From Candidatus Hydrothermales bacterium (lineage in GTDB: Bacteria; Hydrothermota; Hydrothermia; Hydrothermales; JAJRUZ01): DNA of 64,000 bases. Every line of letters begins with the position of its first letter. Position 1 is the stretch's first letter. The position numbers were made by a program, and so were the translations under genes. Below are positions 1-10,548 of this stretch, piece after piece. The DNA lies in the NCBI GenBank assembly GCA_039630575.1, contig JBCNUW010000002.1, positions 88,192-152,191 of the forward strand, in the 5' to 3' direction. The notes under the pieces are model-generated. The model made no database searches. It had not been told where the DNA came from and worked only from the letters and a program-made list of their open reading frames with translations.

Positions 1-345
1 ATATCCGCGGATTCCTGTTAATCCTTCTATTTCAGGAGGGAAAATGTTTTCTTTATTCAAAGGGGAAAGATAAACTATAACTTTTAAATTTTCTTTTGGA
101 GTTATGTAGAAATAAGTTTCAAGAGGAAGGTAATTTTCTGAATTAAATTGGAAACTGTATTTTCCTTCTGGTAAAGAAAAAACATGTTCCCCTTCTGTTT
201 TTATTTTTAGTTTTAAATTTCCGTTCTTTAAAACTTTTATCTCACAGGGTATTGAATAACCTGTATAAGCATCTTCTATTTTAAAATGTATTATTCCTTC
301 TGGTTGTTTTATACCCAAAAAGATTAAAATTAAAGATATACCCAT
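1..345 (-). CDS. N-terminal part of an exported protein, possibly carboxypeptidase-regulatory-like/PEGA type; runs off the window
   Basis: Hand translation: ATG at 345 after AAAGGGGAGG, open frame MGISLILIFLGIKQPEGIIHFKIEDAYTGYSI...LPEGKYSFQFNSENYLPLE to position 1; not in ORF track. Confidence 0.7.
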   Translation of the reverse strand, partial: MGISLILIFLGIKQPEGIIHFKIEDAYTGYSIPCEIKVLKNGNLKLKIKTEGEHVFSLPEGKYSFQFNSENYLPLETYFYITPKENLKVIVYLSPLNKENIFPPEIEGLTGIRGY

Positions 346-589
346 TTTAGCCTCCCCTTTAAAATTTTATTTTATAAGTTTTGTATTTTTCTTTTGCCTT
401 TTCTTCTATATTTGGTTAAACTGTTAAAAAAAAATTTGGTTTTGTATTTGTTCCCCTTTCATAAAATTTTCTTTTCTTTCTAAACCTATAAACATTATCA
501 ACTGTCCTTTTAAGTCTTAAATCTTATAAAAAGTGATTTCTACTTCACTTTTTTAATTCATTTATTACTTAATTTTAATTATAACGGAT

Positions 590-1123
590 ATGATCAGACA
601 TTTTAAAATCCTATCTATCTTAATATCTTTTTTTAACTGTATTATTTGCCCAAAAAATTTGTCCAAGATGTAATAATAAAGAATACTCTAAAGAATTTCA
701 ATGGTGTCCAAAATGTGGAATAAAATTTGAACTTAAAACAATAGAAGCTGATATAAAAATAGAAGGTTCAAGAGTAACAATAACTTCAATTCCTACAGGT
801 GCTGCTGTTTATATAAATAAGACATATAAAGCAAAAACACCTATTACAATAACACTTCCAAAAGGCAAACATACAGTAAAACTTACCCAAGTTATAAGAG
901 CTTTAAAAGAAATTTTAATTAAAATATCACAAAAATGGAAAAAAACCTTCGGAGTAGTAATTCAGATGAAGGTTTTTCAATCATTCAGACAGAAGATGGT
1001 GGATACGCAATAACAGGAGAAACAGAATCTTTTGGTGCTGATTATAGTGATGTATGGGTTATAAAGTTAAAAAGAAACTATTTATTTCTTTATTATAAAC
1101 AAACAATCTTGCCACAATTGTAG
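590..1123 (+). pseudogene. Frameshifted exported protein: signal peptide, CxxC..CxxC zinc ribbon, PEGA-like domain, one WxKTFGG..DGG beta-propeller repeat
   Basis: ATG 590 MIRHFKILSILIS; extra T in T7 run 628-634; then FLTVLFAQKICPRC..WCPKCG..ITSIPTGAAVYIN..KTPITITLPKGKHTVKL..KWKKTFG; second shift near 953 into [35 protein letters not shown]. Confidence 0.7.
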
Positions 1124-1383
1124 TAATTTTTATCTCAAGTTTTTAAAATCTATCCTCATCAATTTCATTTTCTTCAAACCCTTTTTACTTTTTTTATTTC
1201 TTTGCTCATCAAACTTTCAATTTGCTTTCAAATAAATAAGTTTTTCTTCAATTTTTTTATCTACCATCTTTTCCCTCATTTCCTGATCTTAAGCTCTTTA
1301 GTAAGTGATTTTTAAATAATTCCCCGAATCCTTAACTTGATTAGTTTTGCTATGTCTTTATTTACTCTTTTATACTTAATTAA

Positions 1384-2640
1384 ATGTACAATTTAATTTT
1401 TTTCCTTTTTATTCCTTTTGAAAAATCAACTGTAAAAGTTCATCTCTCGAAAAACTATATCCTTTATAACCTTTACTTTGTAAGAGAAAATGAATTTGAA
1501 ATCTATAAACCATTTTATTTTAACCTAAAGGAGTTTTTGTATTTTAAAAAATTCAAGAATAGAATAACTCCCTATTATATTAGATACGATTGGGATATAG
1601 GAATATACAAAAACTTTCCAAAATACTCTGTTAAGTTCTTTTTTAACCATGTTTGTAATCATGGACTTGACAATGAAGGAAAGGACAGAAGACAGTGGAA
1701 TCAAATTGGATTTAAGTTGTCTTTTAAAAAAGAAAAATTTTATCTTTCTAATTCAATCGGTTATGTAACTTCACCTTTCGGACCAAAAAGAATTCACAAC
1801 AATTATTACTGGATTTTTTCACATATTCTTGCTTATAAAAAGGATTATAAAAAACTTTCAATCATTTTTAAACTTGATCTTACTGGATTCTATACATTAA
1901 AATCTTTGGTATATGAAAAAAACATTAAAATTTATCTTCAAAAAAACGAATTTTATTTTGGAGCCAACAAAGAAGTTAAATATGGTCTTTTAGGAAAAAA
2001 CGATGAAAAATTTGTTTTTCAAAATATTTTTTGGGGCATATTTAAAAATATTGATAACCTTCACTTTCTGTACGGCTATTTTTTAAAAAACATAAAACAT
2101 AGTTTTTTTTCAAAAACCCTTGTAAAATATAAAATTTTTAAAAATATAAAAATCTTACTTGACATAGAAACAGTTAGTTTCCCCAAAATGCAAAGACCAA
2201 GATTTGACGACTTTAAAATAGGCAATGAAATTGAATTAAAAAATTTAAAAATTACCCTTTATCACAGAGAAAGAAGGGATGACAATTTATTTGACGGTAA
2301 AACAGAAAAATATAAAAAACTTAAAATAAACTTTTTAAATCTATCTTTTGGATTTTCATTCGATAGAAAACACTACCCTTTTTACCTATATACTAACTTA
2401 TTCTTTGAAAAAAATCTCTACAAAAATAAAATATTCACTATCAAAAATATATCTTACATAACTTTTTTGATAGGAAAAAAAGAAAAAGGCTTTATTTTTG
2501 AAAATGGACCCTCTATTTCTATAGTTAAAAATAAAATACTCGGACTTTCATTTCTAATTAGAATAAGCACAGAAAACGTTTTCTATAGCTACAGCTTCTT
2601 GGAAAAAAGAATATTTATATTCACTAATATTTTCAATTAA
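1384..2640 (+). CDS. Hypothetical protein, probably outer-membrane beta-barrel
   Basis: 418-aa ORF, short hydrophobic N-terminus, aromatic-rich alternating strands, Phe near C-terminus. Confidence 0.55.
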   Translation: MYNLIFFLFIPFEKSTVKVHLSKNYILYNLYFVRENEFEIYKPFYFNLKEFLYFKKFKNRITPYYIRYDWDIGIYKNFPKYSVKFFFNHVCNHGLDNEGKDRRQWNQIGFKLSFKKEKFYLSNSIGYVTSPFGPKRIHNNYYWIFSHILAYKKDYKKLSIIFKLDLTGFYTLKSLVYEKNIKIYLQKNEFYFGANKEVKYGLLGKNDEKFVFQNIFWGIFKNIDNLHFLYGYFLKNIKHSFFSKTLVKYKIFKNIKILLDIETVSFPKMQRPRFDDFKIGNEIELKNLKITLYHRERRDDNLFDGKTEKYKKLKINFLNLSFGFSFDRKHYPFYLYTNLFFEKNLYKNKIFTIKNISYITFLIGKKEKGFIFENGPSISIVKNKILGLSFLIRISTENVFYSYSFLEKRIFIFTNIFN

Positions 2641-2695
2641 AATTAAATCACAAATTTGAAAAAAAGAAAAAAAATTTTTTAAAATACAAAACAAC

Positions 2696-5600
2696 ATGAG
2701 AAAAATTGGAATTGACATAGGCAATCTATACCTAAAAGCAGTAAAAGTTGAAGATAATAAAATAAAAGAAAAATTAATGATTTTCCATAAAAAAGAGGTA
2801 ATTCCCATTCTAAAGGAATTTCTAAAAGACAAAGATTTTTGTATAGGATTTACAGGCTCTTTTATAAAAGAATATCCTCCAGATTTCCCATACTTTGAGG
2901 AAGTGAAATCGCTTATCTTCTCAGTCAAAAAACTTTACCCTTTTGTAAAGTATATTTTTGATATAGGAGCAAATTCATCAAAAATTATAGAAATTGATGA
3001 AAATGGAAATTTAAAAAATATTTACAAAAACTATCTATGTGCTGCAGGAACAGGAACATTCTTTGACCAGCAGATAAAAAGACTTTCCCTATCGTATGAA
3101 GAAATTGAAAATTGGAATATTCCTATAAATAACATTCCCCCAATAGCTTCAAGATGCACAGTCTTTGCAAAAACAGATTTAATTAATAGACAACAGGAAG
3201 GATATTCAAAAAAAGAAATATGGGCAGGCCTATGCAAAAGTCTAAGTAAAGGAATTTTAAATTCTCTCTTAAAAGGGAAAAAGATAGACGGTAAATTAAT
3301 ACTTGCAGGCGGTTTATCAAAAAACAAATTTTTTGTTAACTATTTAAAAGAAGAGTTAAAAGATTTTTTGATAGAAAGTGAACTATCTCCTTTTCTCGGT
3401 GCAATAGGCGCAGCTTTTTTATCAGATATAAAATTTAACAAAGACTTTATTTTCCATTTAGAAAATTCCTTAAAAGAAAAAAAACATAAAAAAATAAGTA
3501 GAGCCCCTCAACTTACGCTTTTGAAAAGTAAACACATAGAAAAAAAAGATTTTCACGAAGAAGAAATTGACGGTGTTGAAGTAAGAATTTACAACATAAA
3601 AGAAAACCAGGAGTTAAACGTTTATTTTGGTATAGATATAGGATCTACAAGTACAAAATGCGTTTTAATGGATGAAAACTACACAATTCTTATTGATCTT
3701 TACACAAGAACAAAGGGCGAACCTATCAAAGCTACAAAAAAAATTCTTGAAACAATACTAAAAATTAAAGAAAAATTCAATTTAAAAATAAACATCATCG
3801 GCTGCGGAACAACAGGCTCTGGCAGAAAAATTGTAGGTGAGTTCATTGGTGCCGATATAATTGTAAATGAAATCACAGCCCATGCAAAAGGCGCTTTAAA
3901 AGTTCACAAAGATGCAGAAGTCATATTTGAAATAGGTGGCCAAGATTCAAAATATATAAGACTTAAAAATGGGAAAGTATATGAATGCAACATGAATTAC
4001 ATCTGCTCAGCAGGAACTGGCTCATTTATCGAAGAAGAGGCAAACAAATTGGGATTTAATATAAAAGAACTGGGAGATCTGCTAAAAGATATTTCTCCAC
4101 CCCAAATCGGTGAAAGATGCACAGTATTCATGGATCAAGACATTGAAAAACTTCTTTCTTTAGGTTTTACAAAAGAAGAGGTTATGGGTGCCTGTATATA
4201 TTCAATTGCCCATAATTATTTAAATAAGGTTGTTGGAAAGAAATATATTCCAAAAGGAAAGATAATCTTTCAAGGAGCAACTGCAAGAAATAAAGCCCTT
4301 GTTGCCGCCTTTGAAAAAATATGCGACAGAGAAATTGTTGTCTCCCCATACTCTCATATTATGGGTGCCTATGGAACCGCTATAATCTTAAAGGAAAATT
4401 TAAAAGACAAAACAAAATTTAAAGGATTTGAAATAAAAGATGAAGAAGAAAAAATCTGGTATGAAAATTGTATTCTTTGTGAGAATAAATGTAAAATAAC
4501 CTATTTAAAAAGTAAAGACAAAGTTGTTTCTTTCGGCTATCAATGTGGAAGAGAACCCGATGATAATAAAAAGAGAGAAAGAGAAGAAATCTCCCTTTTT
4601 AATTTTTATAAAAACGAAGCTTTTAAACTCTCCCAATCCAAAAACAATTTAAAAATATATATTCCAAGAATTTTATCCTCCTACTCCTTATTTCCACTTT
4701 ACAAAACATTTCTTGAAAATCTCGGATATAAAGTTTTAGTCTCTAAACACCCAGATAGAGAAAGTATTGAAAAGGGAAAAGAATTATCTTCTTCTGAATT
4801 CTGTTTACCTGTAAAAGTTTCTTTTGGACTTATATCAGAAATTCTTGATAAAGATGCTTTAATATTTTTACCTTGGATAATAAACTATCCTTCAAAAGAT
4901 AAAGGTTATAATTATTTTTGTCCCTATGTGGAATCAGGTGCGGGTTATATTTTTTCAACTTTTAAATCAAAAGGTATAAAGGAAGAAAAATTTTTAACAC
5001 CTGTATTTGATTTTCTTTTCCCGGGAAATTTATACAAGTATTTTGAAAAGTTGGGTATTAATAAAAATAAAGTAAAAAAGGCTTTAAAAGAAGGAATTAA
5101 AGCTCAAAAAATATTTGAAGAAAAAATTAAAAGGGAAAAAGAAAAAATTTTACAAGAGATTAGAGATAAAAATAAAAAATTTATTGTTCTTTTTGGTAGA
5201 CCTTATATAATATTCTGTGATAGTTTAAACCTTTTAATACCTTTAAAGTTTGCAAATATGGGCCTAAAAGTTATCCCTTGGAATTTTCTTGCAGGAGAAG
5301 AAAGTGAAATTCCAATAAAGAATATGTACTGGTATTATGGAAAAAGAGTAATTGAAGTTGCAGAATTCATAAAGGATAAAGAAAATCTTTTCCCTGTTTA
5401 TCTTTCCTGTTTTTCCTGTGGACCTGACTCTTTTTTACTTTCTTATCTTGAAGAAATTTTTAAAGATAAACCCTTTTTAATTCTTGAACTTGATGAGCAC
5501 GGAGGAGAAGCAGTATTTCAAACAAGACTTGAAGCCTTTTACGATGTGATAAAAGATTATAAACAGGATAAAAAAATCTTTCATATTTCAAAAGAACTTG

Positions 5601-6763
5601 AGAGAAAAGATATATATTCAAGAACAATATGGATTCCATCTATGCACCCAGAAGGTGCACGTCTATTTGCTGCAAGCTTTAGGAGGTTTGGACTTAAGGC
5701 AAAGGCGCTTCCCTTATCTGATGAAGAACATCTAAATACCGGAAAGAAGTTCTTAAGAGGTTCTGAATGCCTCCCATGTGCACTTACTCTTGGAACATTT
5801 ATTTATGAAATCAAAAAAGAAGAAAATGATAAACACACACTTTTTATGCCAACTTCAAGTGGTCCATGCAGGTTTGGTCAGTATGCAAATCTTCATAAAA
5901 TTATATTTGAAAGAGAAAAAATGGATGTAGAAATACTTTCACCAAATTCCTACAATGCCTATGAAGGTTTACCAAAAGAATTAAGAAAATTTTTGTGGAC
6001 CACAATACTAATATTTGATTCACTTTTAAAAGCAAGAAATAGAGTAAGACCTTATGAGAAAAATAAAGGAGAAACAGATAGAATTTATTTTGATTCAATA
6101 AACAGGATGGAAGAGATAATTGAAAGTGGAGAAGATCCTTATTTATGTTTAGAAGAATGTTTTAATAATTTTTCAAAAATAGAAAGAGAAAATGTTAAAA
6201 AGCCCCTTGTAGGTATAGTTGGTGAAATATATGTAAGGTTAGATCCCTTTTCAAATGATGATGTTATTCAATCTGTTGAAAAATGCTCCTGTGAAGCCTG
6301 GCTTTCACCGGTTTCAGAGTGGATATGGTATACTGATTTTACAGCAAGATGGAGAGCAAAAAATAAAAGAAATTTGAAAGAATATTTGATAACACTCTTA
6401 AAGAATAGATTTTTTAGAGAAATTGAAGAAAAAATTTATGAAATAACAAAAGATGTGATAGGAGATAGAAAAGAGCCTGAAATTGACGAAATTATGAAAA
6501 AAGTAGAAGAATTTATTCCTTATAATTTTGGAACTGAAGCACCTTTAACTATTGGAAGAGCGATTATTTTTAAAGAGCAAGGAGCAAAAGCAGTTATAAA
6601 TGTCTCTCCTTTCACTTGTATGCCTGGAAATATTTCTCAAGCCTTTTCTCATTTTATTTCCTCTAAAATAAATATTCCGTTTATAAACATTTTCTATGAT
6701 GGACAAAAAGGGAGTAACGAAGACCTTGAAATATTTTTAAGAAATCTTGTTACATCTGAATAA
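2696..6763 (+). CDS. Multidomain CoA-activase: two BcrA/BadF-type ASKHA ATPases plus two DUF2229/HgdB-like domains; PlsA-PlsR/Ger-like ether-lipid enzyme
   Basis: GIDIG twice, CAAGTG and CSAGTG, RCTVF twice, EIGGQDSK, CILCENKC, FCLPVK, FSCGPD, ECLPC, GPCRFGQY, PFTCMP. Confidence 0.85.
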   Translation: MRKIGIDIGNLYLKAVKVEDNKIKEKLMIFHKKEVIPILKEFLKDKDFCIGFTGSFIKEYPPDFPYFEEVKSLIFSVKKLYPFVKYIFDIGANSSKIIEIDENGNLKNIYKNYLCAAGTGTFFDQQIKRLSLSYEEIENWNIPINNIPPIASRCTVFAKTDLINRQQEGYSKKEIWAGLCKSLSKGILNSLLKGKKIDGKLILAGGLSKNKFFVNYLKEELKDFLIESELSPFLGAIGAAFLSDIKFNKDFIFHLENSLKEKKHKKISRAPQLTLLKSKHIEKKDFHEEEIDGVEVRIYNIKENQELNVYFGIDIGSTSTKCVLMDENYTILIDLYTRTKGEPIKATKKILETILKIKEKFNLKINIIGCGTTGSGRKIVGEFIGADIIVNEITAHAKGALKVHKDAEVIFEIGGQDSKYIRLKNGKVYECNMNYICSAGTGSFIEEEANKLGFNIKELGDLLKDISPPQIGERCTVFMDQDIEKLLSLGFTKEEVMGACIYSIAHNYLNKVVGKKYIPKGKIIFQGATARNKALVAAFEKICDREIVVSPYSHIMGAYGTAIILKENLKDKTKFKGFEIKDEEEKIWYENCILCENKCKITYLKSKDKVVSFGYQCGREPDDNKKREREEISLFNFYKNEAFKLSQSKNNLKIYIPRILSSYSLFPLYKTFLENLGYKVLVSKHPDRESIEKGKELSSSEFCLPVKVSFGLISEILDKDALIFLPWIINYPSKDKGYNYFCPYVESGAGYIFSTFKSKGIKEEKFLTPVFDFLFPGNLYKYFEKLGINKNKVKKALKEGIKAQKIFEEKIKREKEKILQEIRDKNKKFIVLFGRPYIIFCDSLNLLIPLKFANMGLKVIPWNFLAGEESEIPIKNMYWYYGKRVIEVAEFIKDKENLFPVYLSCFSCGPDSFLLSYLEEIFKDKPFLILELDEHGGEAVFQTRLEAFYDVIKDYKQDKKIFHISKELERKDIYSRTIWIPSMHPEGARLFAASFRRFGLKAKALPLSDEEHLNTGKKFLRGSECLPCALTLGTFIYEIKKEENDKHTLFMPTSSGPCRFGQYANLHKIIFEREKMDVEILSPNSYNAYEGLPKELRKFLWTTILIFDSLLKARNRVRPYEKNKGETDRIYFDSINRMEEIIESGEDPYLCLEECFNNFSKIERENVKKPLVGIVGEIYVRLDPFSNDDVIQSVEKCSCEAWLSPVSEWIWYTDFTARWRAKNKRNLKEYLITLLKNRFFREIEEKIYEITKDVIGDRKEPEIDEIMKKVEEFIPYNFGTEAPLTIGRAIIFKEQGAKAVINVSPFTCMPGNISQAFSHFISSKINIPFINIFYDGQKGSNEDLEIFLRNLVTSE

Positions 6764-7724
6764 GTTCTTTATTATAAGCAAATATACTGAAGATTCCACC
6801 AGTATGTAAAAATAAAATTTTTTTAAACTCTTTTGACTCATTCAGCATACCATAAAAAGCTTTACCTGTGTAAACAGGATCTAAGATTATTCCGTAATTT
6901 TCTGAAATTTTCTTAATCAATTCAATTTCTTCTTTATAAGGAATTCCGTATCCTTCACCTATATATCCATCTACAAGTTCAATATCTGAAGGGGATATCT
7001 CTATTGGTAAATTGTATTTTTTAATTGCCTTTTCACATATATCTTCAATTTTTCCTTTAAAGAATTTAATAGAATCACAAACAATGATACCAACAAGCCT
7101 TATATCTAAATTAAGTAGTTTCTTGCCAATTAAAAGACCTGCATAAGTTCCACCTGATCCAACTGCTAAATATATGGCTTCGATTTTTTCTTTTTTAATA
7201 AATTCTTTCATTTCATCCATACATTCAACATATCCAAGGCATCCAACTTCATTTGAGGCTCCTTCAGGAATTATGTAAGGTTTTTTATCTTTCTTTTTTA
7301 AATCTTCTGCAACTTCTTCAAGTATTTCATTTATCCTTTCTTTATATTCATTGTAACTTACATACTTTATTTTTGCTCCAAAAAGGTAATCAAGAAGTAA
7401 GTTCCCTTGATATTCCGTAGGTTCTCCTCTTAAAACAAGATGAACCTCAAAACCTTCTCTTTTACCTGCATAAGCAGTAGCTCTACAGTGGTTTGACTGC
7501 AATCCACCACAGGTAATTAAAGTATCACATTCTTTTTCTTTAGCATCAAATATAGCATATTCAAGTTTTCTTATTTTATTTCCAGAAGTTATAAGTCCTG
7601 TATAGTCATCTCTTTTAATATACACTTTAGCATTATTCCATAGATTTTCTAACAATTCTATCTTTGTAGGTTTCCATGCAAGATTTATTTTTCGTTTTTT
7701 TAATTTTTCAAAAATCTTTTTCAT
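6750..7724 (-). CDS. D-cysteine desulfhydrase / ACC deaminase family PLP enzyme
   Basis: IKRDD, SGNKIRKLEY, GGLQSNHCR, GSGGT, LDPVYTGK, HTGG; start moved to ATG 7724. Confidence 0.9.
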   Translation of the reverse strand: MKKIFEKLKKRKINLAWKPTKIELLENLWNNAKVYIKRDDYTGLITSGNKIRKLEYAIFDAKEKECDTLITCGGLQSNHCRATAYAGKREGFEVHLVLRGEPTEYQGNLLLDYLFGAKIKYVSYNEYKERINEILEEVAEDLKKKDKKPYIIPEGASNEVGCLGYVECMDEMKEFIKKEKIEAIYLAVGSGGTYAGLLIGKKLLNLDIRLVGIIVCDSIKFFKGKIEDICEKAIKKYNLPIEISPSDIELVDGYIGEGYGIPYKEEIELIKKISENYGIILDPVYTGKAFYGMLNESKEFKKILFLHTGGIFSIFAYNKELIQM

Positions 7725-8198
7725 GGTAATATTATAATCAAAATGTTTTAATTTTTTAAATTTCAATCATGTTAGTTTCTAAATCAAAAAATTTGAAATG
7801 GAGAAAGGCTTTTAGTTTTTTAAATTGTTAGATTCTAAAACAAAAATAATAAAAAACACTTCTCCACCTCTAAAAGTTAAAAAACTTTTCTTAAACTTAT
7901 GTAAGCTTTTCTATTATACAAATTTAAATCTTTTAATCAAAATTATCTTTAAAAAAGTGTCTGAAAAAACTTTCAATTTTTAAAATTATTACTATACAAT
8001 AAAATTTCTAAAAAATAAATTTAAAAATATGAAAATTAATTTTTGTTTTTGAATATAGCAAAACTCTAAAGAATTAGTTTGAAAAAATTTATGGTTAAAA
8101 TTTAAAATTTTTATATATTAAAAACCATGATTCCTAATTGTGAATAAAGAGTAAGCAAATATGATAATTTTAAGCTTATTCTTGTTGAGAGAAAGAAT

Positions 8199-8999
8199 AT
8201 GTTTTATTCATTATCCACATTTACTTATCTTATAACTCTAATTTTTATTATATCGTTAGTATATTTATATTTGATCCAAAAAATTAGGGAAAAGGGAATT
8301 ATATTTAAATTTTTTTTAGGAATTCTACTAATTGTATATTCTTTCTATACAGGCTTTTTTATAGGGGTTATGGTTTTTTCTCCAGAGGGAGGTTTAAAAA
8401 TTAGTATTATTTTTGGCAACATCCTTTCTTTTTCTATAATTCTCCAAAGAGGAACAGTATTCTTAATAGAATATTTTAAATTTAAAAATGTTTTATCTCA
8501 CTACTTCAAAAAAGAAAAAGTTTTAATCTCCTATAACAATTACATAGCAATGAAAAAACTTGCAGAAAATTATGTGAAGATGGGAGAATACGAAAAGGCA
8601 AAAAAGATACTTAAAGAAACTTTAGAAAACATAAAAGAAGAATCAATTAAAATGAATTTAAATATGGAAATAGATAATCTTGAAGCTTTTTTGAGATCAA
8701 TAAAATCAGAGGAAAAAAAGGTTTGTAAATTTTGTAAAAATGAAATTTTTAAAGATAGTATAATATGTAATTTTTGTGAAAAAGTTCAATATCCAATATC
8801 ACCCTACATTTTTTTTAAAGAATTATTTAAAATAAATCCGAGGATTTTTATTGTCATTCCTTTATTCTTTTTTTTCATTTCTCTTACGATTAAATTTTCT
8901 TTAGCATTTTCCTACATATTTCTTTTCCTCGCCTTATATTTTCTGATTTATAATCCATTTGGAGATTTAAAAGTCCCATCAAAAGAGGAATTTGATTAA
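8199..8999 (+). CDS. Membrane protein with TPR-like helix pair and CxxC..CxxC zinc ribbon
   Basis: Three N-terminal and two C-terminal hydrophobic segments, LAENYVKMGEYEKA, CKFC..CNFC. Confidence 0.6.
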   Translation: MFYSLSTFTYLITLIFIISLVYLYLIQKIREKGIIFKFFLGILLIVYSFYTGFFIGVMVFSPEGGLKISIIFGNILSFSIILQRGTVFLIEYFKFKNVLSHYFKKEKVLISYNNYIAMKKLAENYVKMGEYEKAKKILKETLENIKEESIKMNLNMEIDNLEAFLRSIKSEEKKVCKFCKNEIFKDSIICNFCEKVQYPISPYIFFKELFKINPRIFIVIPLFFFFISLTIKFSLAFSYIFLFLALYFLIYNPFGDLKVPSKEEFD

Positions 9000-9296
9000 A
9001 ATTAAAATCTATTTATACCCTAAACATTGAGAATTTCCATAAGTGGGTTTATAGATTGGTCTTACCAATAAATTTTTAAAAGTGCTCAATCACCTTCATA
9101 CCAAAAATAATGTTGATTTTCTTCCATGAAATTTTACGTGTTCTTTGAAATTCATGCATTAAATTAAAAATTTATTTAAAGTCCCATAAATTAATAACTC
9201 AATTTATAAATCCCCTGCGGTTACTTATATGAGTCTTTACGATCCAAATTTAAAAATTTATTTTTCTTAATCATCTTTTTTAAATTAAACTAGGAC

Positions 9297-9325
9297 TTGA
9301 AATTTATAAAAAATTAAATTATAAT
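9297..9325 (+). promoter_or_regulatory. Sigma70 promoter of the 5S rRNA gene
   Basis: TTGAAA (9297-9302), 17 nt, TATAAT (9320-9325); predicted +1 near 9331. Confidence 0.8.
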
Positions 9326-9330
9326 ATAAT

Positions 9331-9448
<118 letters not shown>

Positions 9449-9460
9449 ATAAATTTAAAA

Positions 9461-10030
9461 TCAGTTTGGGGGAGTTAGAAATGTATAGATTCCTGCCCCT
9501 GTTAAAACCCAAAGAATTTCGGCTGGAACCCTGCCTAGAAGGAGAGCAAAAATAAAATCCCTTAAATTTACTCCGATAAATCCAGCAAAATAACACAATA
9601 GATCCTTCGGTAGACCAGGTAGAGGAAGTAAAAAAAGTATTGAAAGCCAGAGAAAACTTTTTGATTTTATTTTTTCTCTATATTTCTCTAACCTCTCAAA
9701 TTTTTTTAATTTTAAAAATTTTTTCTCCCCTACTCTACCAAGAAAAAATCCTAAAAGGGACCCCAAAAAGTTTCCAAGAAGTGCAAGAAAAATTCCAGGT
9801 ATAAAACCATAAAAAAAGCCTATAAGAAAGGGAAATATTTGACCAGGTAAAGGAGCAACTATTACCTGAAAAGAGTGAAAAAAAATCAATAGTACAGGAC
9901 CCAAAACCCCAGCCCGATTTACTATCTCTATCACTCTTGCTTTATTATAAGGATATAACAAGACCAAAATGGATACTATAAAAATTATAAGGAGTACAGT
10001 TGCAAAAAAAATAAAAAACCTTTTTAACAT
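9461..10030 (-). CDS. TVP38/TMEM64 (VTT/DedA-like) membrane protein
   Basis: FQVIVAPLPGQ, LPGLPKDLLCYFAG, LGRVP. Confidence 0.85.
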   Translation of the reverse strand: MLKRFFIFFATVLLIIFIVSILVLLYPYNKARVIEIVNRAGVLGPVLLIFFHSFQVIVAPLPGQIFPFLIGFFYGFIPGIFLALLGNFLGSLLGFFLGRVGEKKFLKLKKFERLEKYREKIKSKSFLWLSILFLLPLPGLPKDLLCYFAGFIGVNLRDFIFALLLGRVPAEILWVLTGAGIYTFLTPPN

Positions 10031-10140
10031 CTTCTTTAATTAAATAATAAGTCAAAAAATTTTAAAATATCTCTCTAAAGACAAAAATATTTTTAAAAAA
10101 GTTAAGATTTAAGTTATAATAATAAACCCAAAAAGATAAA

Positions 10141-10548
10141 ATGGGCTTTATAAAGTGGGACGAAAAATTTTCTACAGGTGTTGAGCAAATTGATGATCAG
10201 CATAAAAAATTTGTGGAAATTATTAATGAGCTACACAACGCAATGAAACAAGGAAAAGGAAAAGAAATTGTTAAAAAGATTCTAAATGAGCTTAAAAGCT
10301 ATTCGGTATATCATTTTAAAACCGAAGAAACTTACATGACTAAATATAAATATCAGGAATATCAAGAACATAAAAATGATCACGAATTTTTCAAAACTAA
10401 AGTTAAAGAATTATTAGATAAAGATGAAAAAGGGTATCTTGGACTCAGCATTGAAACTTTAAACTTCATGAAGAATTGGCTAATAAAACATATACTCACC
10501 ACAGATAAAAAGTTAGCAAATATCTTGTTACAAAAATCGGATCAATAA
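10141..10548 (+). CDS. Bacteriohemerythrin
   Basis: IDDQH, HFKTEE, HKNDH, WLIKHILTTD iron-ligand pattern. Confidence 0.93.
   Translation: MGFIKWDEKFSTGVEQIDDQHKKFVEIINELHNAMKQGKGKEIVKKILNELKSYSVYHFKTEETYMTKYKYQEYQEHKNDHEFFKTKVKELLDKDEKGYLGLSIETLNFMKNWLIKHILTTDKKLANILLQKSDQ

Noticed and set aside
1080..1330. Possible MNT-HEPN toxin-antitoxin remnant (MVDKKIEEKLIYLKAN* with ATGGTAGATAA overlap)
   Set aside because: Too short and degraded; no diagnostic motif
7816..7940. Minus-strand promoter, SD and 15-codon ORF (VFFIIFVLESNNLKN)
   Set aside because: Could be a truncated gene remnant but cannot be told from chance
7770..8219. Possible oriC: AT-rich spacer with TGTGAATAA (8139-8147) and TTATCCACA (8211-8219)
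   Set aside because: Only two good DnaA boxes, one inside a CDS, and no dnaA/dnaN nearby
9000..9275. Stop-codon reassignment suggested by interrupted frames
   Set aside because: All three stop types occur, and conserved genes end normally at TAA, TAG and TGA
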